A stretch of 64,000 nt of DNA, from positions 1 to 64,000 of the IMG/VR virus record IMGVR_UViG_3300034107_000273; one strand, given 5' to 3'. The notes beneath the pieces were generated by a model. It saw only the letters and a program-made list of their open reading frames with translations. It did no database searches and was not told the origin of the DNA. The translations under genes and the position numbers were made by a program. Numbering within the stretch: the stretch's first letter is position 1; the number at the start of each line of letters is the position of its first letter. Positions 48,394-56,800 of this stretch are shown here, in pieces. The stretch is from a virus.

Positions 48394-50165
48394 TATTTGA
48401 TGAATTTTTAGAGGTTTTAAAAGAAAATCATTTTATTGAGAGGCCTGTTGACGCAAAGACATTTGTTGAGTCTCCAGAGTATCTTGGTCAACCACCTTTA
48501 TCTGAAATTCAGTATACAATTGTTGAAGCAATGAGCCAGATTTACCGCAAAGAAGATGTGATAGATATTCTTGGTGATAAAGGTGAGGAATACTACAAAA
48601 AATATACAAAGAATGAACTCATTCTACAACTTGGCAAGGGATCTGGAAAAGACTTCGTATCAACAGTAGCATGTGCATATGTAGTATATAAGATGCTATG
48701 CCTTAAAGATCCTGCTGTTTATTATGGAAAGCCTGCAGGAGATGCTATTGATATTATAAACGTTGCTGTTAACGCTCAGCAGGCTAAGAATGTTTTCTTT
48801 AAAGGTTTTAAATCAAAGATTGAAAGATCTCCTTGGTTTGCTGGAAAGTATAATCCAAAGGCAGACTCAATTGAGTTTGATAAATCAATTACTGTTTACT
48901 CTGGTCACTCAGAGCGTGAATCACATGAGGGTTTAAACCTATTCATGGCTGTACTTGATGAGATTTCTGGTTTTGCATCAGAGGTAGCAACAGGAAATGA
49001 ACAAGGAAAAACTGCTGATAATATTTATAAAGCTTTCCGTGGTACTGTAGATTCTCGTTTTCCTGATCTTGGAAAGGTTGTGCTTCTTTCATTTCCCCGC
49101 TATCAAGGTGACTTTATTTCTCAACGGTATGACTCAGTAATTGCTGATAAAGAGGTAGTAGAAAAAACACACAAGTTCATCATTAATGAAGAGTTGCCAC
49201 ATGACAACCCAGACAATACGTTTGAAATATCCTGGGATGAAGATCATATACTTTCATACAAAATACCTAAGATATTTGCACTGAAGCGTCCAACATGGGA
49301 TGTTAATCCTACAAGAAAGATTGATGACTTTAAGATTGCATTCTTAACAGACTTAGGCGATGCTATGATGCGTTTTCTGTGCACACCAACATATTCATCA
49401 GATGCTTTCTTTAAGCAAAAAGATAAACTTATTAATTGCATGACCTTAACAAATCCTGTAGATAGTTTTAGAAGGTTCTCAGAAAACTTTAAACCAGATC
49501 CAGATAAGATTTATTATGTTCATGCTGACCTTGCACAAAAACACGATAAGTGTGCGGTTGCTATTGCTCACGTAGAAAAGTGGGTAAATATTCAGGTAAT
49601 TAAAGATTATGAACAAGTAGCACCAATTGTAGTAGTAGATGCAGTAGCATGGTGGGAGCCAAGATCAGAAGGACCAGTTGATCTTTCTCAGGTTAAACAG
49701 TGGATTCAAAACCTAAGAAGACAAGGGTTTAACATAGGATTAGTATCATTTGACCGTTGGCAGTCATTTGATATACAGCAAGAACTTAAAGGTGTTGGTA
49801 TAAGAACTGATACTGTTTCTGTTGCAAAAAAACACTACGAAGATTTAGCAATGATGATCTATGAAGAGCGTGTTGCTATGCCCATGATCCCATTACTTCT
49901 GGAAGAAATGTCAGAATTAAAAATCATGAAGGGTAATCGTGTAGATCACCCTAGAAAAAAATCTAAAGACCTAGCAGATGCTGTTTGTGGGGCAGTATTT
50001 GGAGCTATATCCCATACTCCAAAAGAAATGAATGTTGAGATAGAGATTCATACTTGGGGTACCTCAGACAAACTTGCACGCAGGCAAGAGTCTATGGTAG
50101 AATTGGAAGACAGGCAAATGCCAGAAGATGTCAAGAGTTTTCTTGATAATCTAAAACTAATATAA
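48390..50165 (+). CDS. terL: Terminase large subunit
   Basis: LGKGSGKD Walker A, VLDE Walker B, HADLA nuclease motif, DHP...KDLADA. Confidence 0.92.
   Translation: MIFDEFLEVLKENHFIERPVDAKTFVESPEYLGQPPLSEIQYTIVEAMSQIYRKEDVIDILGDKGEEYYKKYTKNELILQLGKGSGKDFVSTVACAYVVYKMLCLKDPAVYYGKPAGDAIDIINVAVNAQQAKNVFFKGFKSKIERSPWFAGKYNPKADSIEFDKSITVYSGHSERESHEGLNLFMAVLDEISGFASEVATGNEQGKTADNIYKAFRGTVDSRFPDLGKVVLLSFPRYQGDFISQRYDSVIADKEVVEKTHKFIINEELPHDNPDNTFEISWDEDHILSYKIPKIFALKRPTWDVNPTRKIDDFKIAFLTDLGDAMMRFLCTPTYSSDAFFKQKDKLINCMTLTNPVDSFRRFSENFKPDPDKIYYVHADLAQKHDKCAVAIAHVEKWVNIQVIKDYEQVAPIVVVDAVAWWEPRSEGPVDLSQVKQWIQNLRRQGFNIGLVSFDRWQSFDIQQELKGVGIRTDTVSVAKKHYEDLAMMIYEERVAMPMIPLLLEEMSELKIMKGNRVDHPRKKSKDLADAVCGAVFGAISHTPKEMNVEIEIHTWGTSDKLARRQESMVELEDRQMPEDVKSFLDNLKLI
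50074..50103 (+). promoter_or_regulatory. Promoter inside the terL 3' end, for the surface protein
   Basis: TTGCAC-N18-TAGAAT with extended TG. Confidence 0.5.
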
Positions 50166-50180
50166 CAAGGAGAAAAAAGA

Positions 50181-51230
50181 ATGAATTCATTCAAGAAGAT
50201 CGCTATTGTCGTTGCTGCAGCATTGACATTTGCAGGTATTTCAACAGTTGCACAGGCTGCACCGTTGGTAGTAACAGTTGCTTCAGCAACTAATGCTACA
50301 ACAACAGCAAACCCTGTAACAGTTGCAGTTCCTTCAACAAACGTAATTGATGCAGGTCGCACAATTGCAATTGCAGCAACAGCAGACAATGGAACAGTTG
50401 TTTCTTTCGCAGCATCATCAACAGTTAAGTTGGTATCTGCACTTAATACATCAGATGCTCCAAAGACAGTAGCATCAGGAGTTTCAGCACTTTCAGTAAC
50501 TTCAGCAGGTACAGCAGTTACAGTATATGCATACACAACATCAACAACAGTTGGTTCAGTTACCGTTACAAATGGTGCATACTCAACAATTATTTACATT
50601 AAGGGTACAGCAGGACCTGCTTATAACCTAGCCGTTACAGTTCCTACAGCAGCAGCAGTTGGAACAGTTCCAGCAATTTCAGTTACAACAACTGACGTTT
50701 TTGGTAACGCATCTTCAGATACAGTAACAGCAACAATCGTTGGTTCAACATTTGCTGATGGCTCATCAGTCAAGTCAGTAACTCCAGATGTTGCATCATA
50801 TTCACTTGCTACAGGTGTAGCAGGAGAAGTTACAGTTATTGTAACTGGTCTAACATTGGTTACTCCAGTATCTGGATTCCCAGCACCAGTAAAGGCAGCA
50901 ATTGCTAAGTTTACAGTGTCTGATCTTGCAGCAGTAATTAATGCACTAAAGGTGGAACTTGCTGTAGCACAAGCAGAACTTGCTAAGGCAAAGTCAGATG
51001 CTTCATTGGCAGCAGCCAAGTCAGCTTCAGATGCAGCACTTGCTAAGGCAGCAGCAGATAAGGCTTTGGCAGATGCCAAGGCTGTATCAGATGCAGCAGC
51101 ACTATCTGCAAAGGTAGCAGCAGATCTAGCAACTGCAACAGCAGCAGCAAAATACAAGGCAGAGTACAACGCTCTTGCTACAAAGTGGAACAAGAAGTTC
51201 CCTAAGCTAAAGGTAGCACTAAAGAAGTAA
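50181..51230 (+). CDS. Secreted Ala/Thr-rich cell-surface protein
   Basis: Signal peptide MNSFKKIAIV...AQA; beta-rich body; Ala-rich coiled coil; basic C-terminus. Confidence 0.75.
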   Translation: MNSFKKIAIVVAAALTFAGISTVAQAAPLVVTVASATNATTTANPVTVAVPSTNVIDAGRTIAIAATADNGTVVSFAASSTVKLVSALNTSDAPKTVASGVSALSVTSAGTAVTVYAYTTSTTVGSVTVTNGAYSTIIYIKGTAGPAYNLAVTVPTAAAVGTVPAISVTTTDVFGNASSDTVTATIVGSTFADGSSVKSVTPDVASYSLATGVAGEVTVIVTGLTLVTPVSGFPAPVKAAIAKFTVSDLAAVINALKVELAVAQAELAKAKSDASLAAAKSASDAALAKAAADKALADAKAVSDAAALSAKVAADLATATAAAKYKAEYNALATKWNKKFPKLKVALKK

Positions 51231-51244
51231 TATTCTTTAAAGTT

Positions 51245-51280
51245 AGAGGACTAGTCAAGCGCTAGTCCTCTTTCTTTTTG
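51245..51280 (+). terminator. Intrinsic terminator
   Basis: AGAGGACTAG-TCAAGCG-CTAGTCCTCT followed by TTCTTTTT. Confidence 0.8.
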
Positions 51281-51288
51281 CAATAAAA

Positions 51289-51297
51289 TGATATAAT
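51289..51297 (+). promoter_or_regulatory. Extended -10 promoter
   Basis: TGATATAAT. Confidence 0.6.
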
Positions 51298-51341
51298 AGC
51301 TTTATTAGTCATATCACCACTAGGACTATAAGGAGAGATCT

Positions 51342-53423
51342 ATTAAGAAATTAACAAGGGTATTAATTGTTATATCTTTAATACTAACACCACTACTTTT
51401 AATCATAGACAAAGCTCATGCAGCAGAAGGCTTGACTGCTCAAGTCTATAATGTGCTGGGACAAAATGCTTCTCCTTACATACCCCAGGGAGCCTCTCCA
51501 GTAGTGACTACAAATGTACCCAATATTGACTTCCAGTGGGGTTCTGGCAGTGTCTTAGGTGGCCCTTCAGAGGATGTTATTGTACGATTTACTGGGTCAA
51601 TTAGAAGCGATTCTACTCAAGACATATCATTTTTAGCAACAGCAGATGACGGAACAAAACTGTATGTTGATGGCATACTTGTAGCAAGTGACTGGGTAGA
51701 CAAAGGTGGTGGAGGAACTACAACTGCCCCAATAGCCTTTACAGCAGGAGTCCCTAAAACAATAGAATTAATGTACTATGAAAATGGTGGTGGAGCAAAC
51801 GTATTTTTAAACTGGGATCAATCTGGATCAATGCAGATTATTCCAGCATCAGCATTTACTTCACAAGCAGCACCAGTAGTAAAAACAATAGGACCTCCAA
51901 GAAATTTAACTATAGCCAGTAGCGATACATCAACAGTGTTATCTTGGGAAGCACCAGACACTGGTAACACTCAACCAGAAAGATATGCAATAAGTTTTAA
52001 TTGTTCTGGATGCAATGGTTGGGGAATTGCAACTGGAAATGTTGGCGGACCAAATTCTTTAAACACAACAATAACAATTGATCATTCCTTGTTAGACGGC
52101 CTTCGTCCTGCAGGAACAGTATGGTCATTTCATATTAGATCAGATAACGACACATTTGCCCTTTACTCTGCAAATTCAAACGTTGTTACTGGGTCTACAT
52201 ATGTAGCACCAACACCAACACCTACGCCTACTCCTACACCAGAGCCAACGCCTACACCAGAAACAACAACTGTTACAACACCAACCCCAGAACCAGGACC
52301 AGTTACAGTAGAGCCAACTGGACCAACTGAGGCAGAAATTGCAGCACAAGTAGCAGCCCAGCTAGCTGCACAACAAGCGGAAGCAGCAAGAATACAGGCA
52401 GAGACAGCAGCACTGATTGCAGCACAAGCAGCAGCAGCCCAAGCAGAAGCAAATAGAATTGCTGCAGAAGAAGCAGCCAGAGAAGCAGCAAGAATTCAAG
52501 CAGAAGCGGAACTAAAAGAAAAGGCTGACCGTGAAGCAGCAGAGATTGAAGCAGCAAGAATTAAAGCAGAAATAGAAGCCAAAGAAGAAGCAGATCGTAT
52601 TGCAGCAGAAGTTAAAGCAGCAGAAGAAAAAGCAGAAGCAGAGGCTAAGGCAGAGGCTGATCGTATAGAAGCAGAGCGTATAGCGGAAGAAAAAAGAATT
52701 GCTGAAGAAGCAGAAGCAGAGGCAGAGCGTATAGCAGCAGAAGAAGAAGCCATTGCAGAAGCAGTTGCCAAGGCCGAAGCACTTGCAGAAGAAGAAAGAA
52801 TTGCTGCAGAAGAAGAGGCTAGAGCGCAAGCCGAAGAAGATGCCAAAGCGGAGGCAGAAAAGGCTGAGGCTGATAAAATAGCAGCAGAAGAAGCTGCTAA
52901 AAAAGCAGAAGAAGAAAGATTAGCAAAAATTGCTAAAGATGCCCAGGATGGAAAAGAACTATCTAAAGAAGAAGTTGCACTAGTCGTAACAGCATTAGTT
53001 GCTAACTTAAGTCCAGGTGAATCAATCTCAGCAGCAGAAGTACAATCTTCTGGAGTTTCATATTCAGATCTTCCACCACAAACACCAATTGAAATTAGAA
53101 CATCAGAGTCTGGTGAAGTTCTTGTTATTACCGCAGAAGTGGCAGCAAATGTTGAATTAGTTCAAGATCCAGGCGCATTGCTAGAAGCAGTATTTACAGA
53201 TCCAGGTGCAGCCATTGCTGCTCTTGGAAGTATTGGAGCAGATATGACTCCAGGAGAAAGAGAAGAAGCAACAGAGATGGTTGTTGCAACAGTTGTTGCT
53301 GCAGGTGCAGCAATTAATGCAGCAGCCGTTGCAGCAGGTGGAAGCACAGGAGGAGGAAATTCTGGTGGAGGTGGCGCATCAGGCTCCAATTCACCAGCTT
53401 CAAGAGGAGGTAGAAAATGGTAA
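51342..53423 (+). CDS. Secreted PA14 + FN3 surface protein with PT linker, EA-rich helical stalk and C-terminal hydrophobic anchor (probable ATT start)
   Basis: PA14 motifs IDFQWG, ADDG, YYENGGGA; signal peptide encoded from ATT 51342 after SD AGGAG. Confidence 0.75.
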   Translation: MKKLTRVLIVISLILTPLLLIIDKAHAAEGLTAQVYNVLGQNASPYIPQGASPVVTTNVPNIDFQWGSGSVLGGPSEDVIVRFTGSIRSDSTQDISFLATADDGTKLYVDGILVASDWVDKGGGGTTTAPIAFTAGVPKTIELMYYENGGGANVFLNWDQSGSMQIIPASAFTSQAAPVVKTIGPPRNLTIASSDTSTVLSWEAPDTGNTQPERYAISFNCSGCNGWGIATGNVGGPNSLNTTITIDHSLLDGLRPAGTVWSFHIRSDNDTFALYSANSNVVTGSTYVAPTPTPTPTPTPEPTPTPETTTVTTPTPEPGPVTVEPTGPTEAEIAAQVAAQLAAQQAEAARIQAETAALIAAQAAAAQAEANRIAAEEAAREAARIQAEAELKEKADREAAEIEAARIKAEIEAKEEADRIAAEVKAAEEKAEAEAKAEADRIEAERIAEEKRIAEEAEAEAERIAAEEEAIAEAVAKAEALAEEERIAAEEEARAQAEEDAKAEAEKAEADKIAAEEAAKKAEEERLAKIAKDAQDGKELSKEEVALVVTALVANLSPGESISAAEVQSSGVSYSDLPPQTPIEIRTSESGEVLVITAEVAANVELVQDPGALLEAVFTDPGAAIAALGSIGADMTPGEREEATEMVVATVVAAGAAINAAAVAAGGSTGGGNSGGGGASGSNSPASRGGRKW

Positions 53424-53599
53424 GAATAGTAAAAAATATAATCAAAGACCTAATTGATCAGGCATGGACCCTTCTTGGAATGTTTATAGCCTGGGTGGTT
53501 TTAGATGGAAGTGCAAAAACAGTAGTTGGATATGGAATTATAGCAACTACAACACTTTGGATTGTAACTAGTCCAATTAGAAATAGAGAGGAAGAATAA
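53417..53599 (+). CDS. Small two-TM membrane protein
   Basis: SD GGAGG; two hydrophobic segments. Confidence 0.7.
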   Translation: MVRIVKNIIKDLIDQAWTLLGMFIAWVVLDGSAKTVVGYGIIATTTLWIVTSPIRNREEE

Positions 53600-53601
53600 A
53601 A

Positions 53602-53886
53602 ATGGCAACTAAAAAAATAGTGGAACCACCAAAGAAAGAGCACCCACAAAAAGCAATAACAAATATCTTAATGAGAATTCTTGCGGTATTTGCAGCATCA
53701 GGACTATCAGTCCTAGGAGCAGGAGCAGTAGTAGGAATTGATACTATGCAGGCAGTATTCTTAGCAGGACTATTAGGCGTAGCAACAGTCATAGAAAGAC
53801 TGGCTAGGGCTTTTTTGGACGATGGAAAACTCACATTGGCAGAGATCAATGATGCGTTTAAGACGGTAGACAAAAAGGCTAATTAG
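53602..53886 (+). CDS. Membrane protein (holin-like)
   Basis: Two hydrophobic segments; DDGKLTLAEINDAF. Confidence 0.65.
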   Translation: MATKKIVEPPKKEHPQKAITNILMRILAVFAASGLSVLGAGAVVGIDTMQAVFLAGLLGVATVIERLARAFLDDGKLTLAEINDAFKTVDKKAN

Positions 53887-53902
53887 TCATTATTGACGGT
53901 AG

Positions 53903-53964
53903 TTGACAGCCCTCTCTGGGCAATGGTATACTTGAGTATAACCTATCTGGAGAGGGCTTTGTCA
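53903..53964 (+). promoter_or_regulatory. Promoter with flanking anti-SD inverted repeat
   Basis: TTGACA-N18-TATACT; TGACAGCCCTCTC is complementary to GAGAGGGC(TT)TGTCA, which covers the SD and start. Confidence 0.7.
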
Positions 53965-54482
53965 TGACCTGCATTGCTGGAATAATGAAAGAAGGCAAAG
54001 TATATCTTGCTGGAGAACGAGGAGCCTCTGAAGGCACCTACATAGTACCTATTGACAAACCAAAAATATGGAAATCTGGTCCTTATGTCTTTGGATTTGC
54101 TGGAACCTTTGATGGTCAAATTATTCAATATAACTTTATTCCACCTGCCTTAGAGGGTAATGTTGATAAATTTATGCATGGTAAGTTTTTAAAATCACTT
54201 AAAGCATTTTATAGTGAATGGGATATTGGTGGTAAAGATAGCGAGTTATCATTATTAATTGGAGTAAAAGGAAAGCTCTATGAGCATGATGCAGATGGAC
54301 TAACTCTGATGTCCTATGACAGAGATTATTGTGCAATAGGTTCAGGTGCAGATTTTGCTATGGGATCACTTTTTGCCACACAAACACATAAAGATCCAAA
54401 ACGTCGCCTTACATTAGCATTAAATGCAGCAGTTGCCTTTAGCACTTCTTGTATTGGCCCAGTTGACATAATTCAAGGTTAG
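53964..54482 (+). CDS. Ntn-hydrolase peptidase (HslV/proteasome beta-like)
   Basis: N-terminal MTCIAG (Thr nucleophile), KI, FGFAG, AIGSGADFAMG. Confidence 0.8.
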   Translation: MTCIAGIMKEGKVYLAGERGASEGTYIVPIDKPKIWKSGPYVFGFAGTFDGQIIQYNFIPPALEGNVDKFMHGKFLKSLKAFYSEWDIGGKDSELSLLIGVKGKLYEHDADGLTLMSYDRDYCAIGSGADFAMGSLFATQTHKDPKRRLTLALNAAVAFSTSCIGPVDIIQG

Positions 54483-54491
54483 GGGTATACT
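54463..54491 (+). promoter_or_regulatory. SigA promoter, leaderless transcript
   Basis: TTGACA-N17-TATACT with ATG six nt downstream. Confidence 0.7.
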
Positions 54492-54497
54492 TATATT

Positions 54498-54716
54498 ATG
54501 GATGAAGAATTTCAAGAAATATTAAAAAATATTCAAGATTCAGAATCAGACTATAAAGAGTTTGAAATATGGATTAAAAATGGGATTGAACGTGGATGGA
54601 TAACAGAACCATTTTGTAATACACATGATGGAGATCCATACATGAGTGAAGAAGAGTTAGAAGAGTGGGACCAAGGTGGCGACCCATGTCAGGTAGTAAT
54701 TAGAATAAAGCTATAG
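54498..54716 (+). CDS. Hypothetical protein
   Basis: FCNTHDG...GGDPC. Confidence 0.7.
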   Translation: MDEEFQEILKNIQDSESDYKEFEIWIKNGIERGWITEPFCNTHDGDPYMSEEELEEWDQGGDPCQVVIRIKL

Positions 54717-54718
54717 TC

Positions 54719-54782
54719 TGATATAATATATATGTACTGCCTGCGGGGGTACATTAACTTATTCGCTTGAAAGGGGAATAAA
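54719..54782 (+). promoter_or_regulatory. hsp20 promoter and ROSE-like RNA thermometer 5' UTR
   Basis: TGATATAAT; hairpin 54732-54754; SD-occluding hairpin 54759-54781 containing UCGCU. Confidence 0.6.
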
Positions 54783-55205
54783 ATGGTAAGTGTAATAAAA
54801 CATCCAATGGATCTATTAAATGATCCTTTTTTTATTGGCTTCAACAGAGAGTTGAATCGCCTAAATAGTGCACATAAAACAAACTCACAATCATATCCTC
54901 CATATGATCTTCTTAAACTAGATGAAGATACATATAAGATCTCATTGGCTATTGCTGGATTTTCTAGGGAAGATATTGATGTCTCCGTAGATAATAGAAC
55001 TCTTATTATCAAGGGTGAGATTGTAGAAGTAATAGATGCAGAGGTAGTTCATAAAGGTATCGCAGGAAGAAAGTTCGTAAGATCTTTTGCTCTTGGAGAA
55101 TATATGGAAGTAAGCTCTGCAGAACTAAGGGATGGCATGCTACATATTAACGTAGTCCGCACTGTCCCTGAAGAAAAGAAACCTAAGACAATTAAGATAA
55201 AGTAA
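54783..55205 (+). CDS. hsp20: Small heat-shock protein (Hsp20/IbpA family)
   Basis: SYPPYD, LAIAGF, HKGIAGRKFVRSFAL, DGMLHI, PEEKKP. Confidence 0.93.
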   Translation: MVSVIKHPMDLLNDPFFIGFNRELNRLNSAHKTNSQSYPPYDLLKLDEDTYKISLAIAGFSREDIDVSVDNRTLIIKGEIVEVIDAEVVHKGIAGRKFVRSFALGEYMEVSSAELRDGMLHINVVRTVPEEKKPKTIKIK

Positions 55206-55240
55206 TTAAAACACCTGAGCATGTGTATAAACTGCTCAAT

Positions 55241-55306
55241 ATTCACTTGGATTTAATCATAAGTTTACCAATTATAACAAAAGTATATAGTTTTACACTA
55301 TATACT
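55241..55306 (+). promoter_or_regulatory. PHO-box-like 11-nt direct repeats and -10 of pstS
   Basis: ATTCACT 55241, TTTAATC 55252, GTTTACC 55263; TATACT 55301. Confidence 0.5.
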
Positions 55307-55312
55307 ATAAGT

Positions 55313-56356
55313 ATGAAATTTAAATTCATTACTTTACCAGTAGCATTAGCCATTTTTGCTAATGCTTTTTTTATTACTACTTCACATGCTGATAACCTAC
55401 AAGGTGCTGGATCCACATTTGCTGCTAACTTTATAGACAGATGTAGGGTTGAATTTATTAAATCAACAGGAGATTCTGTTGTATATGGAGCATCTGGATC
55501 GGGTGCTGGTAAAAATATGTTTTCAAATGGTGTAACAGATTTTGCTATGTCAGATGTTCCTTATTCTGGATCAGAACTAAAACCATCAAAAGAATTTACA
55601 TATGTTCCATTAGTCGCAGGACCAATTGGAATTATATACAATCTTGATGGATATAAAATTACTATTAAGATGAGTAAGGATACTCTTGCTAAAGTTTTTG
55701 CGGGACAAATAACAATGTGGAATGATCCACAGATATTAAAAGAAAATATGATAGGAACAAGACTGCCAAAGATACCATCAACAAAGATCAGAGTTGTTTA
55801 CCGTATTGATGGATCTGGAACTTCAGAAGTATTTACGTCATACCTTAACGCAATTGCTCCAAATATATGGACAAAGCCAGGTAATAAAAATTTTATATCT
55901 GCATTTCCTGGTGATATATCTAAGCAATATATGAATAGTGCTTCTGGTTCACATGGCATTGCAATGGTACAGAGTACTACAAATGGATCTATTGGATACA
56001 ACGAGATATCTTATGCAAGAGGACTTAAAACTATTTCTGTTGAGAATGAATCTGGAAGGTTTATGCAACCAACAGTTAGTGCAGCATCTGTATTTCTTGG
56101 AGATTTTGTTCCAGATAAAAGTGGGGCAGTTAAAATAAATTATAAAAATCCTAATAAACTATCCTATAACATATCTACATTCACCTACGGTATAGCATAC
56201 AAAGAAAAGAACTCAAAGAATGATTCTGTAAAGAAGTTCTTTAATTTTATGTTGGATACATGCGGTAAAAAAGCAGAAGATCTTGGATACTCACCAATAA
56301 GAGGAGCTATGCTTAAGTTTGCAAAGTCAAAGGTAGCAGAAGTAAGTTCAAAGTAG
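55313..56356 (+). CDS. pstS: Phosphate ABC transporter substrate-binding protein
   Basis: Signal peptide; GAGSTF, GSGAG, DFAMSD, RIDGSGTS; leaderless start 55313. Confidence 0.92.
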   Translation: MKFKFITLPVALAIFANAFFITTSHADNLQGAGSTFAANFIDRCRVEFIKSTGDSVVYGASGSGAGKNMFSNGVTDFAMSDVPYSGSELKPSKEFTYVPLVAGPIGIIYNLDGYKITIKMSKDTLAKVFAGQITMWNDPQILKENMIGTRLPKIPSTKIRVVYRIDGSGTSEVFTSYLNAIAPNIWTKPGNKNFISAFPGDISKQYMNSASGSHGIAMVQSTTNGSIGYNEISYARGLKTISVENESGRFMQPTVSAASVFLGDFVPDKSGAVKINYKNPNKLSYNISTFTYGIAYKEKNSKNDSVKKFFNFMLDTCGKKAEDLGYSPIRGAMLKFAKSKVAEVSSK

Positions 56357-56371
56357 TAGTACAATATAAAT

Positions 56372-56459
56372 GTCCCCACACAGGACCTTAGTGATGGATT
56401 AGTTACCCATTGGATAGAGACCGTGGCGCAAGTCAGGTGAATTGCCTGTGTGGGGCTTT
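56372..56459 (+). ncRNA. Candidate stand-alone structured small RNA
   Basis: TACAAT -10 at 56360; 11-bp terminal stem, internal helices, GCAA tetraloop; GC-rich island in an AT-rich genome. Confidence 0.55.
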
Positions 56460-56485
56460 AATATTTGTTGATATAATTAAAGCCT

Positions 56486-56761
56486 ATGACTGACAAAGAG
56501 TTAGTGCATTATAATAAGCAGCAGTTTAAAAAAAGACTGTCAGAGATTAAAGAAGCGTCTGGCTGCACAGACTGTGGAGTTACCAATCCAATAGTATTAG
56601 ACTTTGATCATCTCAAAGATAAAAAATATAATATCTCAAGAATGATTCATGATGGATTTTCTTGGGCAGCTATTAAAAAAGAAATTGCAAAGTGTGAGGT
56701 AGTATGTGCAAACTGTCATAGAATAAGAACTCATTATCGTTTGACACACAAAGCCTCCTAA
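56486..56761 (+). CDS. HNH endonuclease
   Basis: CTDC...DFDH...CANCHRIRTH; leaderless promoter TGATATAAT 56469. Confidence 0.85.
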   Translation: MTDKELVHYNKQQFKKRLSEIKEASGCTDCGVTNPIVLDFDHLKDKKYNISRMIHDGFSWAAIKKEIAKCEVVCANCHRIRTHYRLTHKAS

Positions 56762-56800
56762 TGCTATAATAGATAGATACCTATAGGAGGGTAATATGTC
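56741..56800 (+). promoter_or_regulatory. Endolysin promoter with anti-SD in the spacer
   Basis: TTGACA-N18-TATAAT; CCTCCTA 56754-60 is complementary to TAGGAGG 56784-90. Confidence 0.65.

Noticed and set aside
349-50165. Inteins or introns in nrdJ, dnaB, dnaE, recA or terL
   Set aside because: All have normal length and continuous motifs, with no intein splice-junction blocks
50048-53389. Long minus-strand ORFs (50048-50536, 50621-51193, 52496-52846 and others)
   Set aside because: Antisense shadows of Ala-rich, codon-biased plus-strand genes, with no start signals or recognisable domains
56372-56459. tRNA, Y RNA or HEARO assignment for the structured RNA
   Set aside because: No TTCRA T-loop or cloverleaf; too short for HEARO, and the HNH is a 91-aa stand-alone type with its own promoter
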